61,913 bases of DNA, from NCBI GenBank assembly GCA_017521005.1, contig JAFXEC010000052.1, forward strand, positions 1 through 61,913, written 5' to 3'. This DNA is from Clostridia bacterium. Its GTDB lineage: Bacteria; Bacillota; Clostridia; TANB77; CAG-465. Shown here one piece after another: positions 9,838 through 19,884 of this stretch. The translations under genes and the position numbers were made by a program. The stretch's first letter is position 1, and the number at the start of each line of letters is the position of its first letter. The notes below the pieces were generated by a model. The model saw nothing but the letters and a program-made list of their open reading frames with translations. It was not told the origin of the DNA and did no database searches.

Positions 9838-10629
9838 ATGTTTAAGAGAGAAATGAAAATAAACTTAAAAGGATTTTTAATATGGACAACAATACTTGTT
9901 GGATTGTTTTTCTTAATACTTGTTATTTATCCTAATGTAATAGCAGGTGAAAGCGCAGAAATGATGGATGAAATGCTTAAGATGTTTCCAGAAGATTTGT
10001 TAAAAGCATTTAATATGGATATATCTTCAATTAATACAGCTTTTGGTTGGCTTAAATCTGAGGGCTTTGTTATGATACTTTTAATAATAGGATGCTATGC
10101 TGGAGTATTAGGTTCTAATATACTACTTAAAGAGGAAAGTGATAAAACAATAGAATACTTAAATAGTTTGCCTGTAAGTAGAACAAAGATTGTTACAAGT
10201 AAAGTGTTTGCGGGATTAATATACATAGTTTTAATGGTAGTATTACTTGGAATATTTAACTTTATAGGATTAAGTATTACAGAAGAATTTGATGAAAAAC
10301 TTCTAATATTGCTTAGTATAACACCATTATTACCAGCAGTTGTAATATACTTTATGTGTATGTTTTTATCTACATTTACACACAAGACTAAAAAGACATT
10401 AGGCATAAGTTTAGGAATAGTAATGCTAAGCTATGTATTACAAGTCTTGTCTACTATGGGAGAAAAATTAGAATTCTTAAAGTATACATCTGCATTTACA
10501 TTAGCAGATATACGTAATGTAATGACAGAAGCGTGTATAAACCCTGTTATGATAGTTGTAACAGTAACAATATCTTTAATACTATTTATAGTTACATTAT
10601 TCAGATATGATAGAAAAGAATTAGTATAA
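9838..10629 (+). CDS. ABC-2 family permease
   Basis: Six predicted TM helices, coupled to the upstream ATPase. Confidence 0.75.
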   Translation: MFKREMKINLKGFLIWTTILVGLFFLILVIYPNVIAGESAEMMDEMLKMFPEDLLKAFNMDISSINTAFGWLKSEGFVMILLIIGCYAGVLGSNILLKEESDKTIEYLNSLPVSRTKIVTSKVFAGLIYIVLMVVLLGIFNFIGLSITEEFDEKLLILLSITPLLPAVVIYFMCMFLSTFTHKTKKTLGISLGIVMLSYVLQVLSTMGEKLEFLKYTSAFTLADIRNVMTEACINPVMIVVTVTISLILFIVTLFRYDRKELV

Positions 10630-10646
10630 GTTTTTAGGAGGAGAAT

Positions 10647-11204
10647 ATGACAGAAAAAGAAAAGATGCTAAATTGTGAAATATATAATCCTAATTATGAT
10701 GAGGAATTAATAAAAGAAAGAACAATAGCACAAGATTTGTGTTTTGAGTATAACAATATAAGACCGTCTGAAATAGAAAAAAGAAAAGAGTTAATAAAGA
10801 AAATAATAGGTAAATGCACAGATAATTTTTTAATAGAGCAACCTTTTGTTTGTGATTATGGATATAATATAGAATTAGGAGATAACTTCTATGCAAATCA
10901 TAATTTAACTATTCTAGATGGCGGTAAAGTTAAATTTGGAGACAATGTCTTTATTGCACCAAATTGTTCATTCTATACCGCAGGACATCCGATAGACTAT
11001 ATAGAAAGAAATAAAGGTTTAGAGTATGTAAAACCAATTACAGTTGGAAGTAATGTGTGGTTTGGTGGAGATGTATGCGTATTACCAGGAGTAACTATTG
11101 GAGATAATGTAGTTATTGGTGCTGGTAGTGTGGTTGTAAAAGATATACCATCAAATTCTGTAGCAGTGGGTAATCCTTGCAAAGTAATTAAAGAAATTAA
11201 ATAG
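10647..11204 (+). CDS. Maltose/galactoside O-acetyltransferase family (hexapeptide repeat)
   Basis: N-terminal Mac-like region and C-terminal hexapeptide repeats (VWFGGDVCVLPGVTIGDNVVIGAGSVV). Confidence 0.85.
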   Translation: MTEKEKMLNCEIYNPNYDEELIKERTIAQDLCFEYNNIRPSEIEKRKELIKKIIGKCTDNFLIEQPFVCDYGYNIELGDNFYANHNLTILDGGKVKFGDNVFIAPNCSFYTAGHPIDYIERNKGLEYVKPITVGSNVWFGGDVCVLPGVTIGDNVVIGAGSVVVKDIPSNSVAVGNPCKVIKEIK

Positions 11205-11212
11205 GGGAATAT

Positions 11213-12658
11213 ATGAAGAAAATACTAATAGGTATAATTATTATAATTGCAATTTCGTTAGGTGTATTTTTTATTCAGGATGAAAAAGAATTTAATATTA
11301 CTTTTAACAATACAAGTGTTAATATACCAGATAATGTTATATTAAAAGATAATGTTATATATATATCACAAGGCGGAAAATATATATTAAGTGGTCTTGC
11401 GAAAGATTATGAAGTAAAAATAGACACAGATAAATCGGTTACACTTGTATTAGACAACCTTTCTTTGGAAAGAGATAAAGATGCTATTAATATACTAAAT
11501 GCAAAAGATATTACTATAGAAGTTATTGGAGACAACACTATTTCGTCTATAGAAGGAGTAGGTATATATAGTAAAAGTGATATAAATATAAAAGGTACAG
11601 GAAAACTAAATATAGATGCGTATGAGGGGATTAAGACAGATGGAGAGTTGCAAGTAGAAGAAGTTAAATTAAATATTAATTCTACTTCTGACGCAATAGA
11701 AGCAAAAGTACTTGGATTAAATAAAGTAGATATTAAAATTAAAACAAACGGAACGTATATTGAAGATAACGAAAGTGGCAGATATGCATTTATAAATAAC
11801 AGATATATAAAGGTTGCAAAATCAGATCTTGAAGAATATAACAAGCTATATTCTCTTGTTGTTTCAAGTAAAGGAATGAATATAGAAGAAACATTAAATG
11901 TAATTGAATCTAATTTAGATATAGATAGTATAGATGATGCAATTAACGCAAAGAAAACTATTAATATGCATAAAACAAATGGCATAATGAATACAAACGA
12001 TGATGCTATAAGTTCAGATACAGAAATTGTTTTAGATGAATGTAATATAGATATAAAAGCATGTTACGAAGGAATAGAAGCAGAATATATAACAATTAAA
12101 TCGTCAAATTTAAATATTTCAGGTGATGACGACGCACTAAATATTGTAAGTGATGAAGAAAAAGGTGAACTATTTGTAGATAAAAGTAATATTAATATTG
12201 ATGTTAATGGTGATGCCTTAGATATAATGGGAAAAATAGATATAGCAAATAGTAGTATGTATATGAAGGCGGGAGATAATGGTATACAATCTAGAGAATT
12301 TAGTGTAAATAATTCTAAAATAGAAGTGTATTCATATAACATAGAAACATATGCGCATATAACAAAGCCAATAATTTTAGAAGGTGAAATAATTTTAGCA
12401 CAAAATTCAGATAAATTTTTCTTAGCAACAAATTATCAAAAGACATTAGAGGCTACAAAAACACCATATGCAATTATTAATAATTTAAATAGTTTTAAGA
12501 TAGTAGATGAAAATAATAATGTAATATTTGAAACAAATAATAAAGAACCAGAATGTAAGAATTATATATATATAAATAACAAAATACAAAAAGATGTTAC
12601 ATATTATCTTGTAACAGAAAACACAAAAGAAATATTAGAATTTAATAATGTAAAGTGA
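11213..12658 (+). CDS. Membrane-anchored beta-helix protein with repeated DAI(N/S/E)/DAL motifs (Cthe_2159-like carbohydrate-binding family)
   Basis: N-terminal TM anchor. Recurring DAIN, DAIE, DAIS, DALN, DALD motifs about 40-60 aa apart. Confidence 0.5.
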   Translation: MKKILIGIIIIIAISLGVFFIQDEKEFNITFNNTSVNIPDNVILKDNVIYISQGGKYILSGLAKDYEVKIDTDKSVTLVLDNLSLERDKDAINILNAKDITIEVIGDNTISSIEGVGIYSKSDINIKGTGKLNIDAYEGIKTDGELQVEEVKLNINSTSDAIEAKVLGLNKVDIKIKTNGTYIEDNESGRYAFINNRYIKVAKSDLEEYNKLYSLVVSSKGMNIEETLNVIESNLDIDSIDDAINAKKTINMHKTNGIMNTNDDAISSDTEIVLDECNIDIKACYEGIEAEYITIKSSNLNISGDDDALNIVSDEEKGELFVDKSNINIDVNGDALDIMGKIDIANSSMYMKAGDNGIQSREFSVNNSKIEVYSYNIETYAHITKPIILEGEIILAQNSDKFFLATNYQKTLEATKTPYAIINNLNSFKIVDENNNVIFETNNKEPECKNYIYINNKIQKDVTYYLVTENTKEILEFNNVK

Positions 12659-12783
12659 TGTATATCATATAAAACAACTGTAAATAATATAAAAAATATT
12701 GTGAAAAAACAAGAAATGTGATAAATAAATTATAAATTATACAATACGATTTAACAGATTAACATATGAAAGGAAGAGGGTTT

Positions 12784-14652
12784 ATGAAAAATAGGAACAT
12801 ATTAAAAAAGGTATCTATGATTTTCTTGTGTATGAGCGTGCTTTTAAGTATATTACCAGTAACAGTTAGTGCAGCAAATACATCTGTGCCTGGAGCGGAA
12901 GGACATGTTCTAACAGATATAATAACAGGTACTTTTGAAGGTGGTTATGATTCTACAATTTTGGTATATAGTACGCCTAATGTTTCAGATTCTATTAAAT
13001 ATGAAATTAATGATAATATGGCTATTTTTGAAATACCTTCTTACGATAGTAGTAATTGGTATTTTGATGGTTGGCTTACATGGTATAAAGGTAGTCAATT
13101 AGGAGCGGGAGTTGTAACTAGTGATAAAGCAAATCCAAAATATAATGATGATTTAAATTACTTTGAAAGAAATGCTGATGAAAAAGTAGTATCAGGGAAA
13201 TATTATGCTGCAGGATCTATGAGTGTATATAAAGAAGACGCGTGGCAGGGTACATATTATTTAAGTGCTATATTTAAACCAATTGTTACTGTAAATGTTG
13301 GAGACGGCGTAAGTTATACTGTTTCACAAGGTACGGCTATAAATAATAATAAATATGCAGTAACTTATGGTGGAAATGCAAGCATAAATTATACTATTAC
13401 AGATAGCAGATATAAAGTAAAAAGCATATCTGCAAGCTATGGCACAAATTATTCAGAACAAGACGGAAAAGTAAATGTAAATTCAATTGAGAGACCTGTT
13501 ACTATAACAATACAAACAGAATTAAAGCCAGAAGCAACATATATTGCGCCTACTGAAAAGACATTAACATATAATGAGAAACAACAAGAACTTGTAAATA
13601 AAGGGACTAGTACTGAAGGTACATTAATGTATAGTCTTGAAGAAAATGGAACATATAGTGAAAATGTTCCAACAGGAAAAAATGCGGGAGAATATACAGT
13701 TTGGTACTATGTAAAAGGAGACGCTAATCATTTAGACAGTGCTAAGCAGTCTATAACCGTTAGTATTTCTAAAGCGAATGCAGATATTGGAGAAGTAACT
13801 GCACAAGTGCTTAATAACATAACAGATATTTCTCAAGTTGTTCTAAGTAGAACTAACACAACATTAAAAGGAATTCTAAAAATTAAAGATGGCCAAACAT
13901 TAGTATATGGAAATAATGAAGTAGAATATGTTTTTACTCCAGAAGATAATAACTATAACACAGTTGAAGGAAAAGTAAATGTTGTCGTAGCAGATACAAT
14001 AGCGCCTGTGGGAACAGTTAGCATAAATGGAACAGCTAGTGCTAATTGGAATCAAATAGTTGAACCTATTACATTTGAATTATTCTTTAATACAGATCAA
14101 ATATTGCAAATATCTGTTAATGATAATTTATCTGGAGTAGATAAAATAGAATACTATAGAAGTGAAGAAATAATAGATGCTAATTTGTTAGAAGATGAAA
14201 AGTGGGAAACAGTTATTGATGGAAAACTCAACTTAAAAGCAGAAAATAAAAAGTTAGTTTATTATGTAAGAATTACAGATAAAGCTAATAACGTGTCTCT
14301 ATTATCTACTAACGGACTAGTATTTGATACAGTAGCTCCTAAGATAAGTGGCGTGGAAGATGGAAAAACATATAATTCTACAAAGACAATTACAATATCT
14401 GATGAGAATCTAGATAAAGTAACATTAAACGGAGAGAATGCAACAAATAAAATAACTCTTAAGAAAACTAACCTTGGTACTTATAAAATAGTAGCAACAG
14501 ATAAAGCGGGAAATGTTAGCACTGTAACTGTGGAAATTTCAAATAATCCACCAACAGGAGATAATATAATGCTATATATAATGTTGGTTTTAGTATCTAG
14601 TATAGGTTTAATAATAACAATAAGAGCTAAAAAAGCTATAAAAAACAATTAA
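12784..14652 (+). CDS. Cell-wall-anchored surface protein with class-B-type sorting signal NPPTG
   Basis: ATG at 12784 after GGAAGAGGG. Signal peptide ending VSA-AN and Ig/MBG-like repeats. C terminus has NPPTG (14545..14559), a hydrophobic helix and a basic tail RAKKAIKNN. Confidence 0.8.
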   Translation: MKNRNILKKVSMIFLCMSVLLSILPVTVSAANTSVPGAEGHVLTDIITGTFEGGYDSTILVYSTPNVSDSIKYEINDNMAIFEIPSYDSSNWYFDGWLTWYKGSQLGAGVVTSDKANPKYNDDLNYFERNADEKVVSGKYYAAGSMSVYKEDAWQGTYYLSAIFKPIVTVNVGDGVSYTVSQGTAINNNKYAVTYGGNASINYTITDSRYKVKSISASYGTNYSEQDGKVNVNSIERPVTITIQTELKPEATYIAPTEKTLTYNEKQQELVNKGTSTEGTLMYSLEENGTYSENVPTGKNAGEYTVWYYVKGDANHLDSAKQSITVSISKANADIGEVTAQVLNNITDISQVVLSRTNTTLKGILKIKDGQTLVYGNNEVEYVFTPEDNNYNTVEGKVNVVVADTIAPVGTVSINGTASANWNQIVEPITFELFFNTDQILQISVNDNLSGVDKIEYYRSEEIIDANLLEDEKWETVIDGKLNLKAENKKLVYYVRITDKANNVSLLSTNGLVFDTVAPKISGVEDGKTYNSTKTITISDENLDKVTLNGENATNKITLKKTNLGTYKIVATDKAGNVSTVTVEISNNPPTGDNIMLYIMLVLVSSIGLIITIRAKKAIKNN

Positions 14653-14665
14653 CATATGATATAAT

Positions 14666-14692
14666 GAACTAGTGAAAGCTAGTTCGTTTTTT
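14666..14692 (+). terminator. Rho-independent terminator
   Basis: gaactag-tgaaag-ctagttc hairpin followed by gtttttt. Confidence 0.65.
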
Positions 14693-14706
14693 ATAGGGAG
14701 CATTTT

Positions 14707-15462
14707 ATGGAAGAACAGAGAATAAAAAATAAAAGCATAAAAGAAATATTTCTAAACATATTAATACTATTATTTATAATAATATTAATAATTTCTATTG
14801 GTTGTATTGCTAAGTGGTTTATGGATAACAAAGAAAACAAAGAGATATCAGATAAAGTGTCGGAGGCTATAATAGAAATTAACGAAAACAAAGACGAAGA
14901 AATAGAGTATAAAGTAGATTTTGTTAAGTTAAAAGAAATAAATAATCAAATAGTAGCATACTTAAAAGTAAATGGAACAAAAATAGAATATGCTGTAGTA
15001 CAAGCAAAAGATAATAGTTATTATTTAAGAAGAAACTTGGATAAAAAATATAATATTGGCGGTTCAATATTTATGGACTATAAAAATAAACTAGATGGAA
15101 CGGATAAAAACATTGTAATATATGGACATAATATGAAAAATGATTCAATGTTTGGAACATTAAAAAACATATTAAAAGAAGAATGGTATAACAATGAAGA
15201 AAATTATATAATAAATTTAACAACAGAAAAAGAAGAGAAAAAGTATAAAGTATTTTCAGTATATAAAATAAAGACGGAAGATTATTATATAGATACTGAG
15301 TTTAAAGAAAACGAATTTGAGAAATTTATAAATACACTAAAAGATAGAAGCATAAAAGATTTTGGAACAGAAATAGATGAACAAGATAACATATTAACAT
15401 TATCTACTTGTGCAGATAATAACGCATATAGGATAGTGTTACATGCAAAACAAATAGATTAG
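14707..15462 (+). CDS. srtB: Class B sortase
   Basis: N-terminal TM anchor, YGHNMKNDSMFGTL, LTLSTC catalytic Cys, YRIVLHA Arg. Confidence 0.85.
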   Translation: MEEQRIKNKSIKEIFLNILILLFIIILIISIGCIAKWFMDNKENKEISDKVSEAIIEINENKDEEIEYKVDFVKLKEINNQIVAYLKVNGTKIEYAVVQAKDNSYYLRRNLDKKYNIGGSIFMDYKNKLDGTDKNIVIYGHNMKNDSMFGTLKNILKEEWYNNEENYIINLTTEKEEKKYKVFSVYKIKTEDYYIDTEFKENEFEKFINTLKDRSIKDFGTEIDEQDNILTLSTCADNNAYRIVLHAKQID

Positions 15463-15519
15463 ATATAATATATAAATTCAGTTGTTGTATATTTTGTACA
15501 AGCTGAAAAAGGAGAAGAC

Positions 15520-17469
15520 ATGTTTAAATTAGTATCAAATTTTGAACCAACAGGGGATCAACCTGAAGCAATTAAGGCTTTGGTGGAAGGAATTAAAAGA
15601 GGAGATAGAGGTCAAACACTACTTGGTGTAACAGGTAGTGGTAAAACCTTTACAATTGCCAATGTTATTAAAGAGGTAAATAAGCCTACAATAATAATGG
15701 CACATAATAAAACACTAGCAGGACAACTGTATAGTGAATTCAAGGAGTTCTTCCCTGAAAATGCAGTTGAGTACTTTATTTCATACTACGACTATTTCCA
15801 ACCAGAAGCATATATTGCAGCAACAGACACATATATAGAAAAAGATAGTAGTATAAATGATGAAATAGATAGAATGAGACATAGTGCGACAGCAGCGGTT
15901 TTCGAAAGAAAAGACATAATAATAATTGCATCGGTTTCAGCTATATATGCATTAGGTTCACCAGAAGAATATAGAGACCATACATTATCTGTAAGACCTG
16001 GAATGCAAAAGTCTCGTGAAGAAGTAATGGAAAAACTTATTGAGATGCAATATACACGTTCAGATATGGAATTCTTACGTGGTACATTTAGAGTTAAGGG
16101 AGATATAATAGATGTATATGAAGTAGGTAACAATGAACACGCCCTTCGTATAGAATTCTTTGGAGATGAAATAGATAAACTTACATTTATTGAACCAATC
16201 TCAGGTAAAACAATAGCAAGAGTAGATCACGAATTAATATATCCTAAATCTCACTATGTTACATCCAGAGATAAAGTAAACAAAGCTATAGCAAGAATTA
16301 AGGAAGAACTTGATGAAAGACTTGCTGAGTTAAGAGCAGAAGAAAAGATAGTTGAAGCATATCGCTTGGAACAACGTGTGAACTTTGATATAGAAATGCT
16401 TCAAGAAACAGGTTTTTGTCAAGGAATAGAAAACTATTCTGTGTATATGGCAGATAGAGAACGCGGAAGTACACCATATTGTCTTTTCGACTTTATGGGA
16501 GAAGATTACTTAACAGTAATAGATGAATCTCACGTAACAATACCTCAAATAGGTGGTATGTATAACGGAGATAGAGCAAGAAAGCAAGCTTTAGTAGACT
16601 ATGGATTTAGACTTCCATCTGCAATGGATAATAGACCGTTATCTTTTAAGGAATGGGAAGAAAAAACAAGACAATTAATATTTGTAAGTGCTACTCCTGG
16701 AGATTACGAAAAGAATAATTCTACACAAGTAGTAGAACAAATAATAAGACCAACAGGACTACTTGATCCTAAGATTACAGTTAAAGAAACCGATGGACAA
16801 ATAGAAGACTTAATACAAAATATTAATGAAAGAGTTGCTAAGAAGGAAAGAGTGTTAGTTACTACTTTAACTAAAAAGATGGCAGAAGAACTTACTAGTT
16901 ACCTTGAAGAAAAAGGTATCAAAGTAAGATATATGCACTCAGACATAAAAGCACTAGATAGACTTGAGATAATACGTGAGCTAAGACTTGGTAAGTTTGA
17001 TGTATTAGTTGGAATTAACCTTTTAAGAGAAGGATTAGATATTCCAGAAGTATCTTTAGTTGCAATACTTGATGCGGATAAAGAGGGATTCTTAAGAAGT
17101 GAGCGTTCACTAATACAAACAATAGGTAGAGCAGCAAGAAACTCTGAAGGGCAAGTAATAATGTATGCAGATGAGCTTACAGACTCTATGGAAAATGCAA
17201 TAAGAGAAACAAATAGAAGAAGAAAGATACAAGAAGAATATAATACTAAGCATGGTATTGTGCCTAAGAGTATTGTTAAAGATGTTAGAGATAGTGTTAA
17301 AGCTGTATTTAATGATGAAGAAGCACCTGTAATCGAACAAGAAAAAGGTGAAACATTAGAAGAAACTATAGATAGACTTACTAAAGAAATGTTTGAGTAT
17401 GCTAGAAAATATGAGTTTGAAAAAGCAGCAGTATTAAGAGACTTAATAAACGAATTAAAAAACAGCTAA
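15520..17469 (+). CDS. uvrB: Excinuclease ABC subunit B
   Basis: GVTGSGKT Walker A, helicase motifs, C-terminal UVR domain (FEKAAVLRD). Confidence 0.97.
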   Translation: MFKLVSNFEPTGDQPEAIKALVEGIKRGDRGQTLLGVTGSGKTFTIANVIKEVNKPTIIMAHNKTLAGQLYSEFKEFFPENAVEYFISYYDYFQPEAYIAATDTYIEKDSSINDEIDRMRHSATAAVFERKDIIIIASVSAIYALGSPEEYRDHTLSVRPGMQKSREEVMEKLIEMQYTRSDMEFLRGTFRVKGDIIDVYEVGNNEHALRIEFFGDEIDKLTFIEPISGKTIARVDHELIYPKSHYVTSRDKVNKAIARIKEELDERLAELRAEEKIVEAYRLEQRVNFDIEMLQETGFCQGIENYSVYMADRERGSTPYCLFDFMGEDYLTVIDESHVTIPQIGGMYNGDRARKQALVDYGFRLPSAMDNRPLSFKEWEEKTRQLIFVSATPGDYEKNNSTQVVEQIIRPTGLLDPKITVKETDGQIEDLIQNINERVAKKERVLVTTLTKKMAEELTSYLEEKGIKVRYMHSDIKALDRLEIIRELRLGKFDVLVGINLLREGLDIPEVSLVAILDADKEGFLRSERSLIQTIGRAARNSEGQVIMYADELTDSMENAIRETNRRRKIQEEYNTKHGIVPKSIVKDVRDSVKAVFNDEEAPVIEQEKGETLEETIDRLTKEMFEYARKYEFEKAAVLRDLINELKNS

Positions 17470-17599
17470 TAAGCTGTTTTTTATTGCTATTATATAAAAC
17501 ATTTGGTATAATATGGATGTGAATTTCTTGGGGGAAAATTCTAATATTATATGTGTGCACAAGATTTTTAGGGTTGCAAAATATAAAGGAGGAATTTTT

Positions 17600-18238
17600 A
17601 TGAAAGAAGAAATGAGCGAGTTTCTAAAAAATTTATATGCTTCAGGAGCAATAAGTAATTTGCATGAGGCTTTTGAAGAATTTCCTGTAGAGGAAGAATG
17701 GCATAAAGGTAATAGTGACAATTTTGTATGCGAAGAAAACGAAGAAGTTTATACTTCGTTTGAAGAAGGAGATATTGTATTCGTAAAAGAATATGAATAC
17801 GCTGATGGTAAAAAAGGATATAAACATCTTTTTGTAATAATTGAAAGAAATGTTATGGCTGTTCCTTTTGAAGTATTTACTATGTTGATATCTTCTAATT
17901 TAGAGAAATTGAAATTTGAAGCAAACAAATTATTGAAGAAGGATAGTTTAAACAAATTACACAAAGATAGTATTGTTAAAACAGATAAGATATATCAAAT
18001 TTTAATGAGCCAAATAGAAAAGAAAGTTGGAAGTGTAACGAAAGAAGCGTTAGAAGAATATAAGAAAAGCTTTGCACAAAGAAATAAAACATATGCTAAA
18101 TATTTAAAGGATAAAGAGGAACTTAAAAGAGAGATACAAAAAGGAATAGATTCTGCCAATAATGATAGATTATACACTGCGGATGAAGTATACAATGAAG
18201 CAAAAGAACTATTAGAAACAAATAACCTAAAAGAGTAA
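17600..18238 (+). CDS. Hypothetical protein with PemK/MazF-like SH3-barrel core and long helical C-terminal extension
   Basis: ATG at 17600 after AAGGAGG. GDIVFVKEYEY...HLFVIIERN, then LISSN and KDSIVKTDKIYQILMSQIEKKVGSV, resemble the MazF/PemK strand order. Weak, by-eye call. Confidence 0.35.
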   Translation: MKEEMSEFLKNLYASGAISNLHEAFEEFPVEEEWHKGNSDNFVCEENEEVYTSFEEGDIVFVKEYEYADGKKGYKHLFVIIERNVMAVPFEVFTMLISSNLEKLKFEANKLLKKDSLNKLHKDSIVKTDKIYQILMSQIEKKVGSVTKEALEEYKKSFAQRNKTYAKYLKDKEELKREIQKGIDSANNDRLYTADEVYNEAKELLETNNLKE

Positions 18239-18243
18239 CAAAC

Positions 18244-18270
18244 AACCCTAGACTTTTGTCTAGGGTTTTA
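18244..18270. terminator. Bidirectional terminator between convergent genes
   Basis: aaccctagac-tttt-gtctagggtt with flanking A and T runs. Confidence 0.75.
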
Positions 18271-18283
18271 ATTTATTCATATA

Positions 18284-18523
18284 TTATTTAGCAAGTTCTT
18301 TTTTGCATTTTGCACAAACGTTTTTATCTTTAAATACTGTAACGTCATTTCCTTCGCCACAGAATATGCAGCAAGGAGCATATTTTTTAAGAATTATTGA
18401 TTCGCCTTCTACATAGATTTCTAAAGCATCTTTAGTATCTACACCTAAAGTTCTTCTAAGTTCCATTGGAAGTACGATTCTTCCTAATTCATCTACTTTT
18501 CTAACTATTCCTGTTGATTTCAT
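18284..18523 (-). CDS. abrB: AbrB-family transition-state regulator
   Basis: MKSTGIVRKVDELGRIVLPMELRRTLG SpoVT/AbrB swapped-hairpin motif. RBS GAGGTG. Cys-rich C terminus CCIFCG...CAKC. Confidence 0.9.
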   Translation of the reverse strand: MKSTGIVRKVDELGRIVLPMELRRTLGVDTKDALEIYVEGESIILKKYAPCCIFCGEGNDVTVFKDKNVCAKCKKELAK

Positions 18524-18586
18524 AATTTTACACCTCGATAAGATAATACCATAGCTGTAAAATAAATACAAGCATTTTTTTCAATT

Positions 18587-19075
18587 CTAGTGGTGATAAG
18601 TTTCGCCTGAATTTATCTTAAACGCCCTAAATATCTGCTCTAGAAGGAATATTCTAATCATTTGATGAGGGAAAGTAAATTTCGAAAATGAAAGTAATAC
18701 ATTCGCATTTTTCTTAACAGGTTCACTTAACCCTAAACTTCCACCAATAACAAATGTAATAGTGGAGTTACCTTCAGTAGGAATCTTAGCTAATTTTTCA
18801 CTAAGTTCTACAGAAGTAAATTCTTTTCCATGTTCATCTAATACAAAATTAAATGAGTTGTTTATATTATTTAATTTTTGAAGTATTGCTTGTCCTTCTT
18901 TTTCTTTTACAATATTAATGTTGCTTTCATTAAGTGTAGTAGGGAGCTTTTCGTCTTTAAGACAGATTATTTCTAACTTGCAATATTTAGAAAGTCTTTT
19001 TACATATTCTGCTTCGTATTCTCTTAAATATTTTTCTTTAAGATCTCCTACACATATTATTTTAATATTTATCAT
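18587..19075 (-). CDS. rlmH: 23S rRNA (pseudouridine1915-N3)-methyltransferase
   Basis: About 160-aa SPOUT protein with the typical MINIKIICVG..KEKYL start and a GGSLG motif. Confidence 0.9.
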   Translation of the reverse strand: MINIKIICVGDLKEKYLREYEAEYVKRLSKYCKLEIICLKDEKLPTTLNESNINIVKEKEGQAILQKLNNINNSFNFVLDEHGKEFTSVELSEKLAKIPTEGNSTITFVIGGSLGLSEPVKKNANVLLSFSKFTFPHQMIRIFLLEQIFRAFKINSGETYHH

Positions 19076-19866
19076 AAAATGTACTCCTCGTATGAAACAT
19101 CCCTAGTAGCACAGTGGATGTTAAATTCATTTAGGTCAAAACCATTTTCTTTAAGAGTTTGGTTAACAGCAAATAATGCTTGTTCTGGCTCGTTATTGTT
19201 TTCACTAATATGACCTAAAAGAAAATTTCTTTTTCCTTCTTTGGCAAGGCATAGTATCGTATCTGATGTATCATCATTAGACAGGTGACCAATATCACTT
19301 TGTATTCTACATTTAAGTGGGTAAGAGTAAGGACCATACATAAGTAGGTTCCTATCATAGTTACACTCTAAAACCGTAAATGTTGAATCTGAAAGTTGCT
19401 TGTATACATCATCTGAAACATAACCCAAGTCTGTAGCTATTGTAAGTTTTGATTCTTCGTTTGCAAAAGTAAAGCCTAGAGGCTCTTTTGCGTCGTGCGA
19501 AATTCTAAATGGTGTAACTTTAATATCTTTAAGATAAAACTCGTTATTTTGGCTTACAGTAACAAATACAGGCTCTTTTTTTAGCTTGTCCTTATGTTTA
19601 TCTAAAAGATATGATTGGGTTCCATTAGATGTATATATTGGAATATCTGTTTTGTTAATTAAAGTGGCAACACCTTTTGTGTGATCTATGTGTTCGTGGG
19701 TAATAAATAATGCGTCAATTTCAGAAATGTTGATACCAAGGGTATCTAAAGATTCTGTAAGCGACTTAAAAGAAACCCCAATGTCTACTATTACAGTAGC
19801 CTTTGGGGATCTAATTAAATACATATTACCTGAACTGCCACTATATAATGGATATAGTTTTAGCAT
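19072..19866 (-). CDS. MBL-fold metallo-hydrolase (YycJ/WalJ-like)
   Basis: HEHIDH metal motif. Overlaps the rlmH start by 4 nt. Confidence 0.8.
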   Translation of the reverse strand: MLKLYPLYSGSSGNMYLIRSPKATVIVDIGVSFKSLTESLDTLGINISEIDALFITHEHIDHTKGVATLINKTDIPIYTSNGTQSYLLDKHKDKLKKEPVFVTVSQNNEFYLKDIKVTPFRISHDAKEPLGFTFANEESKLTIATDLGYVSDDVYKQLSDSTFTVLECNYDRNLLMYGPYSYPLKCRIQSDIGHLSNDDTSDTILCLAKEGKRNFLLGHISENNNEPEQALFAVNQTLKENGFDLNEFNIHCATRDVSYEEYIL

Positions 19867-19884
19867 AATACGCTCCGTTTCTTA

